The notes under the pieces are model-generated. The model was given only the letters and a program-made list of their open reading frames with translations. It made no database searches and was not told the origin of the DNA. The translations under genes and the position numbers were made by a program. Positions 18,613-27,959 of a stretch of 64,000 bases of DNA are shown here, piece by piece. The stretch's first letter is position 1; the number at the start of each line of letters is the position of its first letter. The stretch spans positions 1-64,000 of IMG/VR virus record IMGVR_UViG_3300007747_000009; one strand, given 5' to 3'. Origin of the DNA: a virus (Duplodnaviria; Caudoviricetes).

Positions 18613-18816
18613 ATGTTATCACTGATCGAATTAAAAGCACTGTACAACGCTCACAAGTACAATGAACTATACAAAGAAGTACGGCGATATGGTACTATCA
18701 CGAATGACGTTGAACATGAAACGGTTCGCGTTATACACATAACGTATTATAACACGTTTTGGGATTTTGAGCTAGTTAAAGGTGAAGTAGTTCACGCTGG
18801 CTATTGTACTAAGTAA
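18613..18816 (+). CDS. Hypothetical protein
   Basis: Promoter, leader hairpin and RBS cassette. Confidence 0.7.
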   Translation: MLSLIELKALYNAHKYNELYKEVRRYGTITNDVEHETVRVIHITYYNTFWDFELVKGEVVHAGYCTK

Positions 18817-18825
18817 GGTTGAATA

Positions 18826-19086
18826 ATGGCTGTTGGATTTGCTAAAGACGGGGCAGAACAAAACGAGATTCTAGCGGTCGTGGAGGCCGCTGTAAGCCAC
18901 GCAAGAAAACAGCTTGGTGATGGTAGTACTGAATCGCTTACACACTGCCTCGATTGTTCTAGCCCTATTCCTGAGCGTCGCAGAGCATTGGTTAATGGTT
19001 GCAAGTACTGCGTAGAATGTCAATCACAGTATGATAGTACTTTTAAAAGAGATCCGCGTAATTGTTGGCATAGGAGTATGAGATGA
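18826..19086 (+). CDS. TraR/DksA family C4 zinc-finger protein (YbiI-like)
   Basis: MAVGFAKDGAEQNEI...HCLDCSSPIPERRRALVNGCKYCVECQ. Confidence 0.9.
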   Translation: MAVGFAKDGAEQNEILAVVEAAVSHARKQLGDGSTESLTHCLDCSSPIPERRRALVNGCKYCVECQSQYDSTFKRDPRNCWHRSMR

Positions 19087-19226
19087 TCTTTCAGTATAAC
19101 AAAGGTTGCTGCTCACTTAAAGGCTTTTATGCGGTATATTCTGACGGGGTAAACTATCGTTATCGGTTTGTCAAGTACTTTGTTTAAGGGGAGAGATCCC
19201 CTGTTTATTTGTACAGTACTAAAACC

Positions 19227-19270
19227 TATAGACGGACTGCTACACCCTATGGGCTTGTTTTTGTCTATGC
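19227..19270 (-). ncRNA. CCC-AYA-GGG motif copy 5 (putative small RNA)
   Basis: Minus-strand TTGACA-17-CATAAT; core CAAGCCCATAGGGTG 19243-19257; points into the hairpin at 19187-19203. Confidence 0.55.
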
Positions 19271-19414
19271 GTGTATTATGCCAGTACTGAATGAGGTTGT
19301 CAACATCTTTTTTCATTTAATTATTTGAAAATAGTTGTTGACTTACTTTTGGATTAGCGTATAATTGTTTGCATAGAGGGAAACAACTTCCCTCACTATT
19401 AAGGAAATAACAAT

Positions 19415-19636
19415 ATGTCTCGATATGTAATGTCAGTATTCAGTACTGCAAATGTCACTACTGGTAAAACCACTTATTACAAAATGGTGTGTGATGTGCC
19501 ACGTCGGGTATCAAAAGAAAACTTTGATAGCCTGTGTCATCAATCTAATCGTTCTGATAGTTACAGGACTGAAATGAATGGCAACTATATACGCCAGTAC
19601 AAAAGCATATACTTTAATTCAGTACCGAATGTTTAA
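19415..19636 (+). CDS. Hypothetical protein
   Basis: Cassette with leader hairpin. Confidence 0.7.
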   Translation: MSRYVMSVFSTANVTTGKTTYYKMVCDVPRRVSKENFDSLCHQSNRSDSYRTEMNGNYIRQYKSIYFNSVPNV

Positions 19637-19722
19637 AAAGTACTTGCAAAGTAATCTCAGTACTGTATAATTGTTTACATAGAGGGGAAAATGGTTCCCC
19701 TCCTTATTAAGAGAATAGTATC

Positions 19723-20061
19723 ATGAATAAATTCGAAAATGAAATCGTAGTTAAAGAATATGTTAACGGTTTTGGCTGGATTGATTCCTGTACTGAAAGC
19801 AATATCAAGGCAGCCCGCGAAACAAAAAAAGCATATCTGGCTGAAGGTGTAGGCTGTATGATCGTTCGTCGCCGCGTGTTGAACCGCACGAATGAAATGG
19901 TTAATGTAGTACTGAATCATTGCCGTGATTATTTCCGTGCTAATGGTAAATGGCCTGAATCGTTTAAGTACTATTTCCGCAACGGTAAAGTTAAATTTAC
20001 TTTGTCAACTAAGGAAATGCAAGAAATTTTAGGTTATGATTCCCGCTTAGTGGAAGCATAA
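19723..20061 (+). CDS. Hypothetical protein
   Basis: Cassette with leader hairpin. Confidence 0.7.
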   Translation: MNKFENEIVVKEYVNGFGWIDSCTESNIKAARETKKAYLAEGVGCMIVRRRVLNRTNEMVNVVLNHCRDYFRANGKWPESFKYYFRNGKVKFTLSTKEMQEILGYDSRLVEA

Positions 20062-20124
20062 AAGTACTTGACACATAACGGGGGTATGATACAATATCCC
20101 CACATTAAGCAAAGAGGAAAAGCA

Positions 20125-20370
20125 ATGCGGACTATTAATCAGTTAATTGATGCAGGTACGGTAGCAAAGCGATCTATGGTAACACTGGGTGATGGAAAAC
20201 CACACTGGGGCGGCTATGTTGCCTTTGTAGTGGACGGGAAGTTACATGAGCGGGTAGTATACCATAAGGATATTAATTATATCCTTTTCAGAAAGGAAGT
20301 TATAGCGATCGATCCTAACGCACTCAAACCCATCTCAGGGGCGTGGAATAAAGAATCACTATACGCCTAA
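20125..20370 (+). CDS. Hypothetical protein
   Basis: Start re-set to MRTINQ; GAGGA RBS. Confidence 0.7.
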   Translation: MRTINQLIDAGTVAKRSMVTLGDGKPHWGGYVAFVVDGKLHERVVYHKDINYILFRKEVIAIDPNALKPISGAWNKESLYA

Positions 20371-20422
20371 CAAAATTCATTAAAAGGCCGCCACGTGCGG
20401 CCTGTTTAGTTTTAGGGGGTAT

Positions 20423-20656
20423 ATGAACAAGTACACTAAGCCAGTACATACGGGGATCAGCACAGCACTTGATAGGCGTTATGTGAAGCCGATGAAGAAG
20501 CGTAGAAAGTACTTAAGGGAACCCGTACAGAAGATTGCACTCAGTTGGATGGATATAGACATATCATCATTATCCTTTGTGTGGCATAGCCCTATACATA
20601 GCCCTATACTACTTAATAAAAGTACTGAAGTACAAAATCCATTTAAAAGTACTTGA
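20423..20656 (+). CDS. Hypothetical basic protein
   Basis: GGGG RBS; 77 aa. Confidence 0.5.
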   Translation: MNKYTKPVHTGISTALDRRYVKPMKKRRKYLREPVQKIALSWMDIDISSLSFVWHSPIHSPILLNKSTEVQNPFKST

Positions 20657-20685
20657 CACATAACCGGCTTAATGGTATATTATTG

Positions 20686-20735
20686 TTAAGCCGGAGAAAC
20701 GGCACAACCCATAGGGTGTATAAATGCATTTATTT
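20686..20735 (+). ncRNA. CCC-AYA-GGG motif copy 6 (putative small RNA)
   Basis: TTGACA-17-TATATT; GCCG-GAGAAA-CGGC hairpin; core CAACCCATAGGGTG 20705-20718. Confidence 0.6.
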
Positions 20736-20824
20736 TTTAGTACTTTGAATTTTATTAAAAAGTACTTGCAAAGTAATCTCAGTACAGTATAATACTTACA
20801 TCAACCAAGTAGAGGATAAACAAA

Positions 20825-20983
20825 ATGGCGAAAACATATGAAGTTACGTATATGTATTTTGGTAAATCAGTTAAGCATGTTATACTCATCAGTGCAAACG
20901 ATACGGCACAGATCGCACCTAAGTTGCATAATATGTTCCCTGCACCAAACCGTGTGATTTTGGTAAGTTACAAAAAACTGTAA
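20825..20983 (+). CDS. Small hypothetical protein (52 aa)
   Basis: Own promoter; GAGGA RBS; MAKTYEVTY... Confidence 0.65.
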   Translation: MAKTYEVTYMYFGKSVKHVILISANDTAQIAPKLHNMFPAPNRVILVSYKKL

Positions 20984-21049
20984 AAGTACTTGCAACGTAA
21001 TTTTAATGAAGTATAATGATTACATCACTTAAGCAAAGAGAGAAATAAA

Positions 21050-21424
21050 ATGGAAACTCAAATCAAGCGTGTTTTGTTCGGTAAAGGTGCAAGCCCTGAA
21101 GTAGTACCGGCTGAAATCATTGCATTCTGTGAACTGTCTAACTCACAGACTGATCGCCGCTGGTCTGATAGTTTGCCGTACTGGATTGGTTTAGAGATCC
21201 GCAAGTCGCCTAAGTACTGGAAGATTGACCGTGTGGAAGTTGACAAAGTAACGGGACAAATCAAAGAGTACGGGCGTTCGTCTTATGGTAGTGTAGACTT
21301 TGAAGGTAATATTTTCAAGTCCGCAACATATCAGGCAGTAGCTAAGGGCGTACGCGGTAACGTGTTTATTGATTCTGGTAGTGCTGCGTTAACGGGCGAC
21401 GGTTTCATTCGTTATCTGAAGTAA
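21050..21424 (+). CDS. Conserved-type phage hypothetical protein
   Basis: KYWKI...GNIFKSATYQAVAKGVRGN motif; own promoter. Confidence 0.75.
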   Translation: METQIKRVLFGKGASPEVVPAEIIAFCELSNSQTDRRWSDSLPYWIGLEIRKSPKYWKIDRVEVDKVTGQIKEYGRSSYGSVDFEGNIFKSATYQAVAKGVRGNVFIDSGSAALTGDGFIRYLK

Positions 21425-21499
21425 TTATTAAAAGTACTTGCAATGTATTAGCGAGTACTTTATAATACTTACATCAACCAATAATATTAAGGAAATATC

Positions 21500-21766
21500 A
21501 TGACTACCCCATTCGCTGGTAAAAAAATGACTGTCGCAGAACTGATCGCTAAACTGCAAAAGTATAATGATCAGGAAACCATCATTGTAGCACACATGAT
21601 CGATGAAAGCGATATGAATGATATCACTAATACATGCTTAACCCGTGAAGAATGCCGGATCCTTGCTGCTCATGCAGAACAACAACTGGATAGTGATATT
21701 GGCCTGACCAATGAAACAATCCAGATCCATCTTGAATTCTTACAGGAAGAAGGATTGATTAATTAA
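21500..21766 (+). CDS. Hypothetical protein
   Basis: MTVAELIAKLQ; palindromic promoter. Confidence 0.75.
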   Translation: MTTPFAGKKMTVAELIAKLQKYNDQETIIVAHMIDESDMNDITNTCLTREECRILAAHAEQQLDSDIGLTNETIQIHLEFLQEEGLIN

Positions 21767-21841
21767 GATAGTATTAAAAGTACTTGCACAATACTAGCGA
21801 GTACTTTATAATACTATCATACATTAATTAAGGAAATAAAA

Positions 21842-22105
21842 ATGAAATATTATATTATCTCATTAGAGGAAGTTCTCGCAGGAGTTGAATTTAAATCATG
21901 TTTCATTGTGCAAGCCACTGAGGACACGGTAGACGACAAAATACTCAATGTAATGAAAAGCTGGCGTGGCGATGTTGAATTTGATACTGATGCTGAAACA
22001 TATGAATATGGTGATGTGTTGGTAACAGTCTCGGGGATCAAAGAAATCAGCAATGATACTGCTCAAGAATTGATCAATAATTACATTGTATCACTGATTG
22101 ATTAA
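21842..22105 (+). CDS. Hypothetical protein
   Basis: Palindromic promoter; TAAGGA RBS. Confidence 0.75.
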   Translation: MKYYIISLEEVLAGVEFKSCFIVQATEDTVDDKILNVMKSWRGDVEFDTDAETYEYGDVLVTVSGIKEISNDTAQELINNYIVSLID

Positions 22106-22182
22106 TTAGTTAAGATAACTTGCACATTAATTACAGCAAAAAAAGGATTGACTCCGGTCAATCCTTTTGTTATTATATATGC

Positions 22183-22232
22183 ATTGGAAGATAAAGCCAC
22201 TAACCCATAGGGTGCTGGAGTGTAGCTATATG
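22183..22232 (+). ncRNA. CCC-AYA-GGG motif copy 7 (putative small RNA)
   Basis: Terminator-promoter at 22140-22176; core CTAACCCATAGGGTG 22200-22214. Confidence 0.55.
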
Positions 22233-22334
22233 ATTATAGTACTTTAAAAATAAATGAAAATAGTACTTGCATTAGTCTTTGTATACGGTATAATACTTTT
22301 ATTGAAACGAAACAATACTTATTAAGGAAATATT

Positions 22335-22802
22335 ATGAATACATTACAATTCGCAGACAAAGCAACGCAGCAGTTCAAAGCTGTATTCCCGAATGGTTTT
22401 GTACAGACCCGTAAATTGTTCGGCGGGGATATCGGCTTTACGTTTACGTTAACTGAAGATATCAAAGATTGTCCACATCAGATCCGCGAAAATGATCGTA
22501 TGATGTTATCTTTCGTAGTACACGATCTGCCTTTTGGTAGTGATGTAGACCACGGCGAAAGTAAATTTGAACTTGAGTTTTACCGCTCGCATATCAGTAC
22601 TATACCAGTGAGCCATTATTATGCAATGGGGCACCAGAAGATTAAAACGCGTAAAGGTACTAACACGCTTGATAAACTGCTTAAAACACTAGACAAGTAC
22701 TTTAAACTAGCTGGCAGTGATGTACTGGCATTAGTAGCGGAAAACAAGATCTATCAGCAGGATCAGATGAATACAAAGTATTTTGAGATTAATGTAAAAT
22801 AG
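22335..22802 (+). CDS. Hypothetical protein
   Basis: Own promoter; TAAGGA RBS. Confidence 0.75.
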   Translation: MNTLQFADKATQQFKAVFPNGFVQTRKLFGGDIGFTFTLTEDIKDCPHQIRENDRMMLSFVVHDLPFGSDVDHGESKFELEFYRSHISTIPVSHYYAMGHQKIKTRKGTNTLDKLLKTLDKYFKLAGSDVLALVAENKIYQQDQMNTKYFEINVK

Positions 22803-22882
22803 TACTTGCAAAGTAATCTCAGTACTGTATAATGTTTTGCATAGGGGGAAACATCTTCCCCCACTATTAAGGAAAGTGAAAA

Positions 22883-23266
22883 ATGTCTATTGCATCTATT
22901 ATGTCTGAAGTTGTTGATTTTCGATTGACTATTGGTAGCCGTTCCCCTAACAGTGAATGGTATCATTCAGCCCTGCGTTTGTATCGCCAGATTGCTAACG
23001 GGCAAAAACTTCAGCGTGAACGCTACGCACTGAATGAGTTAATCAACGCCATGACGCATGAAATTTCAGTATATGAATTAACCCTTGCTTATCAGGTAAA
23101 CGGTAAACTGTACGCTGTACATAATCTTGCGAAAACTGGCGGGATCCCTAACTGCTTAAGTACTGAAGCACTCATAGGAAAGGGATACTCACAGACTGAA
23201 TGGAACAGCTTTCCTAAGTTTCACGTGTGGGTTAAAACGGGAATAGTACACGCTCCGGTACTGTAA
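22883..23266 (+). CDS. Hypothetical protein
   Basis: Cassette with leader hairpin; terminator at 23273-23304. Confidence 0.75.
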   Translation: MSIASIMSEVVDFRLTIGSRSPNSEWYHSALRLYRQIANGQKLQRERYALNELINAMTHEISVYELTLAYQVNGKLYAVHNLAKTGGIPNCLSTEALIGKGYSQTEWNSFPKFHVWVKTGIVHAPVL

Positions 23267-23319
23267 TGCAATCGGGGAGGCTAAACAGCTTCCCCTGTTT
23301 ATTTGTACAGCTATATATA

Positions 23320-23370
23320 ATTTAGATACATTTAGCCACCCTATGGGTTAGTGACTTTATCGTCTTTATG
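23320..23370 (-). ncRNA. CCC-AYA-GGG motif copy 8 (putative small RNA)
   Basis: Minus-strand TTGACA-17-TATAAT; GAC-GATAAA-GTC; core 23337-23351. Confidence 0.6.
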
Positions 23371-23497
23371 TATTCATTATACAGTACTGTCAGGACTTGT
23401 CAATCATTTATTTTATTAATTTAGTACAAAATAAGTGTTGATTAATGCAGGTATTACTGTATAATCTTTTATATCGAAACGAGACGGAGTAAGTAGC

Positions 23498-23653
23498 ATG
23501 TTTACAATCTATGAGTTGAATGATATTAAGGCAGCACTGGCAGCGGAGATTGAACGCCGGACTGAGGGGAACCATTACGGTTCACAGGAAGAAATTAATC
23601 GCGATTTGGAACTGTATGAGAAGGTATCTGATCTGATCAAAGAAGGGAAGTAA
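23498..23653 (+). CDS. Small hypothetical protein (51 aa)
   Basis: Own promoter; GGAG RBS. Confidence 0.6.
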   Translation: MFTIYELNDIKAALAAEIERRTEGNHYGSQEEINRDLELYEKVSDLIKEGK

Positions 23654-23725
23654 TTATTAAAAGTACTTGCATATATCTAGCGAGTACTTTATAATACTTA
23701 CATCAACCACTATTAAGGTAATGAA

Positions 23726-24043
23726 ATGAAAAAGAAAATCATTGAGCTGATCGATTTTGTACAAGCCGCAAAGCCGGAAGATAAATGGAATCCAGCAACC
23801 TTTTTGGATACCCGCAACCATTGCGATAATGGAATCCTGATCACTAAGTATATGATGGATAACCTTTTTGCGAAGGGCTATTCAGAAAGTACATTGCAGA
23901 ACTTTGAAATTTACAAAGATCACGCAGGCTGGCAGATCTGGGTATGGAATTATTCTGAAGATAAGAATAAGGATCAAAACCAGTTCAACGCACCGTATCA
24001 CGCATATGATGAAGTACGCAAGTTTATCGAGCAATCGTTTTAA
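23726..24043 (+). CDS. Hypothetical protein
   Basis: Palindromic promoter; TAAGG RBS. Confidence 0.75.
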   Translation: MKKKIIELIDFVQAAKPEDKWNPATFLDTRNHCDNGILITKYMMDNLFAKGYSESTLQNFEIYKDHAGWQIWVWNYSEDKNKDQNQFNAPYHAYDEVRKFIEQSF

Positions 24044-24119
24044 GTAATTATTAAAAGTACTTGCATATATCTAGCGAGTACTTTATAATACTTACATTAA
24101 GTAAACGGGGCTTTTAAAA

Positions 24120-24266
24120 ATGAAAACTTATGCGATCCTTTTTCACAGCGGGAACAATACCGACCTTGCAAACGTTGATGCAAATAGCGAGGAGCAAGCT
24201 ATAAGAATTTATCAGGGGCAATATCCTGATGATATTATCATCGAATGTTATTGTGTGGAAGAATAA
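24120..24266 (+). CDS. Small hypothetical protein (48 aa)
   Basis: Palindromic promoter; MKTYAILF...VDANSEEQA. Confidence 0.6.
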   Translation: MKTYAILFHSGNNTDLANVDANSEEQAIRIYQGQYPDDIIIECYCVEE

Positions 24267-24343
24267 CAGAGTAACTATTAAAAGTACTTGCATAATCCTA
24301 GCGAGTACTTTATAATACTTACATACACAAACGAGGGGTTAAC

Positions 24344-24520
24344 ATGAAAGGATTTTTACTGGCCGGAATTGTTCTGTTAGTTGTTGCTCTGATCGGTTGG
24401 GTGATGAATATCATTGCGATTGTTCATAGCGGGGCTATGTCCGAATGGACTGGCTTTGTAATTGTAAGAGTGATCGGCGTTATTATCGCACCACTCGGTG
24501 CTGTACTTGGTTATTTCTAA
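24344..24520 (+). CDS. Small membrane protein, T4 tRNA.4-like
   Basis: IGWVMNIIAI...RVIGVIIAPLGAVLGYF pattern. Confidence 0.6.
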   Translation: MKGFLLAGIVLLVVALIGWVMNIIAIVHSGAMSEWTGFVIVRVIGVIIAPLGAVLGYF

Positions 24521-24541
24521 AACGAATAGGAAAAGATTGAC

Positions 24542-24682
24542 ATGGTAGCAGATAAACTGTATGATGAAGTACTGGGCAAGACAGGCGACAACCTCACAGC
24601 AGAGCAACACGCAGCAATCGAGGAATGTTTACGCAAAGGCATGTCAGTAAAGGATACAGTGAAACAAATCCGCAAAATGTAA
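24542..24682 (+). CDS. Small hypothetical protein (46 aa)
   Basis: AGGA RBS; followed by a hairpin at 24689-24717. Confidence 0.55.
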   Translation: MVADKLYDEVLGKTGDNLTAEQHAAIEECLRKGMSVKDTVKQIRKM

Positions 24683-24739
24683 TTATAACACAGGGGAGGA
24701 CTAAGGTCAACCCCTGTAAATTTATCCAGTCCAATATCA

Positions 24740-24790
24740 TATAGCTACATTTCCACACCCCAAGGGTTAGTGACTTTCTCGTCTTTATGT
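24740..24790 (-). ncRNA. CCC-AYA-GGG motif copy 9 (putative small RNA)
   Basis: Minus-strand TATAAT; GAC-GAGAAA-GTC; core CTAACCCTTGGGGTG 24756-24770. Confidence 0.5.
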
Positions 24791-24850
24791 ATTCATTATA
24801 CAGGAATGGCTGGTGCTGGTATAATTACTATATCGAAACGGGAGGAACTT

Positions 24851-24991
24851 ATGATTAAGCCAGTTGACGCAATACCGCGTATGTACTACAATACATACAA
24901 GCCTAGCGACATTAGGCGTAAAGAAAAAGAATTAAAAGAGATTCAAGAAAATCAAAAAAGTACTGGACACCAAATCGATATCAGAGTATAG
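24851..24991 (+). CDS. Small hypothetical protein
   Basis: GGAGG RBS; start MIKPVD. Confidence 0.55.
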   Translation: MIKPVDAIPRMYYNTYKPSDIRRKEKELKEIQENQKSTGHQIDIRV

Positions 24992-25032
24992 TACTTACAT
25001 CAACCACACAAACCACTACAAGGAAATACATC

Positions 25033-25479
25033 ATGACTATTACTTCTACTTTCTTCACAGGCCGTGCCGCTGCCCGAACTGCTAAAGCTGAATTAGGTGG
25101 CAAGATCATTGATAACGGTGCTGGTGCTGAGACTGGCAAGCGTTGGGAACTCCAACACGAAGTACTGGCAGTAGCTGGTGCTGGTGAATCGCAGACCCAG
25201 CCAGATGAGTTGATCGGCGTACCATCAGTGGGTACAAGTGCTGTACTGGATGATCTAGCTGGTGCTGTATTCATCGATGATGTAAGTACTGCGATGGATG
25301 AACTCGCTGCGATTGAACAGGCACAACAAGCACAGCGTGAAGTACTGGCAAAGCCTAAGAATCTGCGTTATACAGGCACCCGCAAACTTGTATTGACGGA
25401 TCGCAAAAACAAAGCAATCAATGTTATTGTGAAGCGTAGTACAATCGCAGCCCGCTTAACCGCACACATGGCTAAGTGA
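25033..25479 (+). CDS. Hypothetical protein
   Basis: AAGGA RBS; 148 aa. Confidence 0.75.
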   Translation: MTITSTFFTGRAAARTAKAELGGKIIDNGAGAETGKRWELQHEVLAVAGAGESQTQPDELIGVPSVGTSAVLDDLAGAVFIDDVSTAMDELAAIEQAQQAQREVLAKPKNLRYTGTRKLVLTDRKNKAINVIVKRSTIAARLTAHMAK

Positions 25480-25558
25480 ATCAAAGGGGGAGCAATCCCC
25501 CGAACCCATTAAGAGAAAAGACATGAAAAAGCAAGTACAACTAATTAACGGGGAGTTT

Positions 25559-25774
25559 ATGAAACTACATTATAAACCCCAACAAAAAATTATTGACAAA
25601 GCCACAAAAGCCGCAAATGGTTTACTGGCTGGTAATATCAAAGCTCGCAAGCTCAGTAACGGATTGTTTTCAGTACTGGACGTGTCGCGAACTGAGCGTA
25701 TAGTAATTGATAAGGAAAAGCAACTACATTTAATGTCCCATGAGAAATATAATGATTTCGTGAATCAACGTTAA
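25559..25774 (+). CDS. Possible ParE/RelE-like small protein
   Basis: ARKL...VLDVSRTERIV...LMSHEKYN pattern; GGGGAG RBS. Confidence 0.4.
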   Translation: MKLHYKPQQKIIDKATKAANGLLAGNIKARKLSNGLFSVLDVSRTERIVIDKEKQLHLMSHEKYNDFVNQR

Positions 25775-25851
25775 AAGTACTTGCAATATAATTTCTGTAC
25801 TGTATAATGATTTGCATAGGGAAATGGTTCCCTAGCAATTGAGGATATACC

Positions 25852-26175
25852 ATGAAACATATTTTGTCACTTCGCCAGCGAATGGCTCTTTCTGTACTGA
25901 ATGACGCGTTACTCGAGGCGGCTGAATCTGGCTTACTTGATACGCTGCAAATCGATTCTAATTCGATGGGCGTAGTACTGGCAGGCGTGCAAAACTGGCA
26001 TTCTCAGGAATTCGAAAACGAGTATCATATCACGTATACACATAACGACAAGGAAGATACTTGCGTTATCCGTGCTACATCTGGCAGCACCGCATTGATG
26101 TTATTTTATGCTGATTTTGGTGGGCAGATTGTCAAGGTGTATAATCGGACTTTAAACATTGAAATCGATGCTTAA
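25852..26175 (+). CDS. Hypothetical protein
   Basis: Cassette with leader hairpin. Confidence 0.7.
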   Translation: MKHILSLRQRMALSVLNDALLEAAESGLLDTLQIDSNSMGVVLAGVQNWHSQEFENEYHITYTHNDKEDTCVIRATSGSTALMLFYADFGGQIVKVYNRTLNIEIDA

Positions 26176-26246
26176 AGTACTTGCATAATCTCAGGATCCT
26201 CGTATAATACATCTATTAAATAGAGTACATTATACGGGGAAACAAA

Positions 26247-26393
26247 ATGATTCGCACACTGAAACGATACAATGGTATCACTCTCTCTTTACATGGCGAA
26301 ACTTTTGTGATAGCAAGTGGAAGAAATAAAATTAGGACTAATAATTCAGTAATAGCAATTCAGTACTACAATAACTTTCTATTAGGGCGATAA
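26247..26393 (+). CDS. Small hypothetical protein (48 aa)
   Basis: Own promoter; GGGGA RBS. Confidence 0.5.
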   Translation: MIRTLKRYNGITLSLHGETFVIASGRNKIRTNNSVIAIQYYNNFLLGR

Positions 26394-26394
26394 C

Positions 26395-26622
26395 ATGTTA
26401 CAATATAAAGATACAGTACTCACAGCAAGCTGGAATGGCGAAGTCGTAGATGATGAATACGGTGAAGAAATCAAGTATAAGATTGTAGTAATGGAAGATG
26501 GCAAACCTGAAAGCGTTATCATTCAGTTAGACGGCAAGCCTTATGATCCTGCTACACTGAAAAGCTTACTTGACAAAGCCGAGAAAGTAAAGAAAGCAGC
26601 AGTAGAATTTAAAAGAATTTAA
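26395..26622 (+). CDS. Hypothetical protein
   Basis: 75 aa ORF before a terminator-promoter. Confidence 0.7.
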   Translation: MLQYKDTVLTASWNGEVVDDEYGEEIKYKIVVMEDGKPESVIIQLDGKPYDPATLKSLLDKAEKVKKAAVEFKRI

Positions 26623-26669
26623 ATTAAAAAAAGGGTTGACTTCGGTCAGCCCTTTCTGTATTATGTATA

Positions 26670-26713
26670 CATCGAAACAAACTAACCCATAGGGTGTATA
26701 AATATATCTATAA
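26670..26713 (+). ncRNA. CCC-AYA-GGG motif copy 10
   Basis: Terminator-promoter at 26628-26664; core 26682-26696; overlaps TATAAATA at 26697-26704. Confidence 0.5.
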
Positions 26714-26733
26714 TAAACATAAGAGGATGTTAT

Positions 26734-27270
26734 ATGCCAGAACAATTTAAAAGCAAAAATGGTGCCACCTTAGCAGGTCACAGTGCAAAATGGGCAGATG
26801 AAAACCGCAGAAAGAACTCACATCAAGCCGGTCAGGGGTCACGGGGTTCACGCAATCAAGGAACAGGATTAGCAGGGAAAGCAAATACTACCACTGACAC
26901 TGTAGTCGATACAACTACCATGAGCCAAGAGGATAAACTCAAGTACTTCAACTCTCTAGGATTACTAGGAGCACAGACCAGTACTAAGCAGCCTCCTAAA
27001 GCAGCACCACACACACCACCTGTACAAGATGCTAAATCACTTGTCAGTACTTTACAAGGCCAATGGGGTGATGTATTCCAGTCTCCTAACCACGTCAGAC
27101 AGCTTATAAGCGATTTAAAATCAGTCCCGCCTGCTAAGTTTAAGAAAGCAGTGCAAGCCGCTTACAGAGCCACACAAGAGGCTACAATTGACATGAAAGA
27201 TCCATCAGACATATATGATTATATCAGTTCTGCCATTGAGCAGTACACATATGATGGTGATGATTTTTAA
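26734..27270 (+). CDS. Hypothetical protein with basic disordered N-terminus
   Basis: GAGGA RBS; 178 aa. Confidence 0.75.
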   Translation: MPEQFKSKNGATLAGHSAKWADENRRKNSHQAGQGSRGSRNQGTGLAGKANTTTDTVVDTTTMSQEDKLKYFNSLGLLGAQTSTKQPPKAAPHTPPVQDAKSLVSTLQGQWGDVFQSPNHVRQLISDLKSVPPAKFKKAVQAAYRATQEATIDMKDPSDIYDYISSAIEQYTYDGDDF

Positions 27271-27344
27271 TAAAAAAGGGGTTGACTTAGGTTGGCCCCT
27301 TTGCTATTCTATCAGTACTGAAAGACAACCGAGAGTATACACAC

Positions 27345-27464
27345 ATGAAAAAGTTATTTGGATTCATCATTGTTTCTATTATTATGCTGCGAGTCCATAG
27401 CATGACTTCTTATCCATTACTGGCAATCATTGCAGTATTGTCTTGTCTGTTAATCTGGAAATAA
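27345..27464 (+). CDS. Small membrane peptide (39 aa)
   Basis: Follows the terminator-promoter at 27273-27310; hydrophobic. Confidence 0.45.
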   Translation: MKKLFGFIIVSIIMLRVHSMTSYPLLAIIAVLSCLLIWK

Positions 27465-27480
27465 AACATGAGATCATTAT

Positions 27481-27765
27481 ATGAAATACTTACTAATGCT
27501 AATTGCATTGTTTAGTACTCCAGTACTAGCTACAACGATGACTTGCTCTAGTGGACAGACCACGGCGATATTCATTGTTAAAGAAGGTTTATTACTTGAT
27601 ACTAATGAAAACGTATTAGCACCTGAAATACGTCCAAATACTTATCGGGGTGAAGATATCAACGGTACTGTATTGTATACCGTAAATTCATCAGATGATA
27701 GTACTAATATTCTCATGCAGTTCGATGGGATCACGAAAGAATATACATGCCTATCCAAGTACTAA
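27481..27765 (+). CDS. Putative secreted/periplasmic protein
   Basis: Signal peptide MKYLLMLIALFSTPVLA; two Cys. Confidence 0.7.
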   Translation: MKYLLMLIALFSTPVLATTMTCSSGQTTAIFIVKEGLLLDTNENVLAPEIRPNTYRGEDINGTVLYTVNSSDDSTNILMQFDGITKEYTCLSKY

Positions 27766-27947
27766 TTACCCTTAAAGGGTTAAAGCCTGATGCTGATGAG
27801 TATGAAACTCATGTAACATCTATTACAGGCGAAGACATGATTGATGTGGATGCAAATATAACCGCATATATCTATGAATGGCGAAACAAATACGGTTTCT
27901 ATAAAATGAAATATATTAATAAAAGGATTCTCCCATGCGATAACTAA
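27747..27947 (+). CDS. Hypothetical protein
   Basis: ORF within the operon. Confidence 0.55.
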   Translation: MPIQVLITLKGLKPDADEYETHVTSITGEDMIDVDANITAYIYEWRNKYGFYKMKYINKRILPCDN

Positions 27948-27959
27948 TAGGAGAATAGA

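Noticed and set aside
13315-23355. Resemblance of GTCACTAACCCACAGGGTGC to the type I-F CRISPR repeat (GTTCACTGCCGCACAGGCAGC), suggesting a CRISPR array or an RNA anti-CRISPR
   Set aside because: Copies are kilobases apart with no spacers or cas genes, and the 5-bp stem plus pentaloop needed by Cas6f does not form in that register. Kept only as a weak hypothesis.
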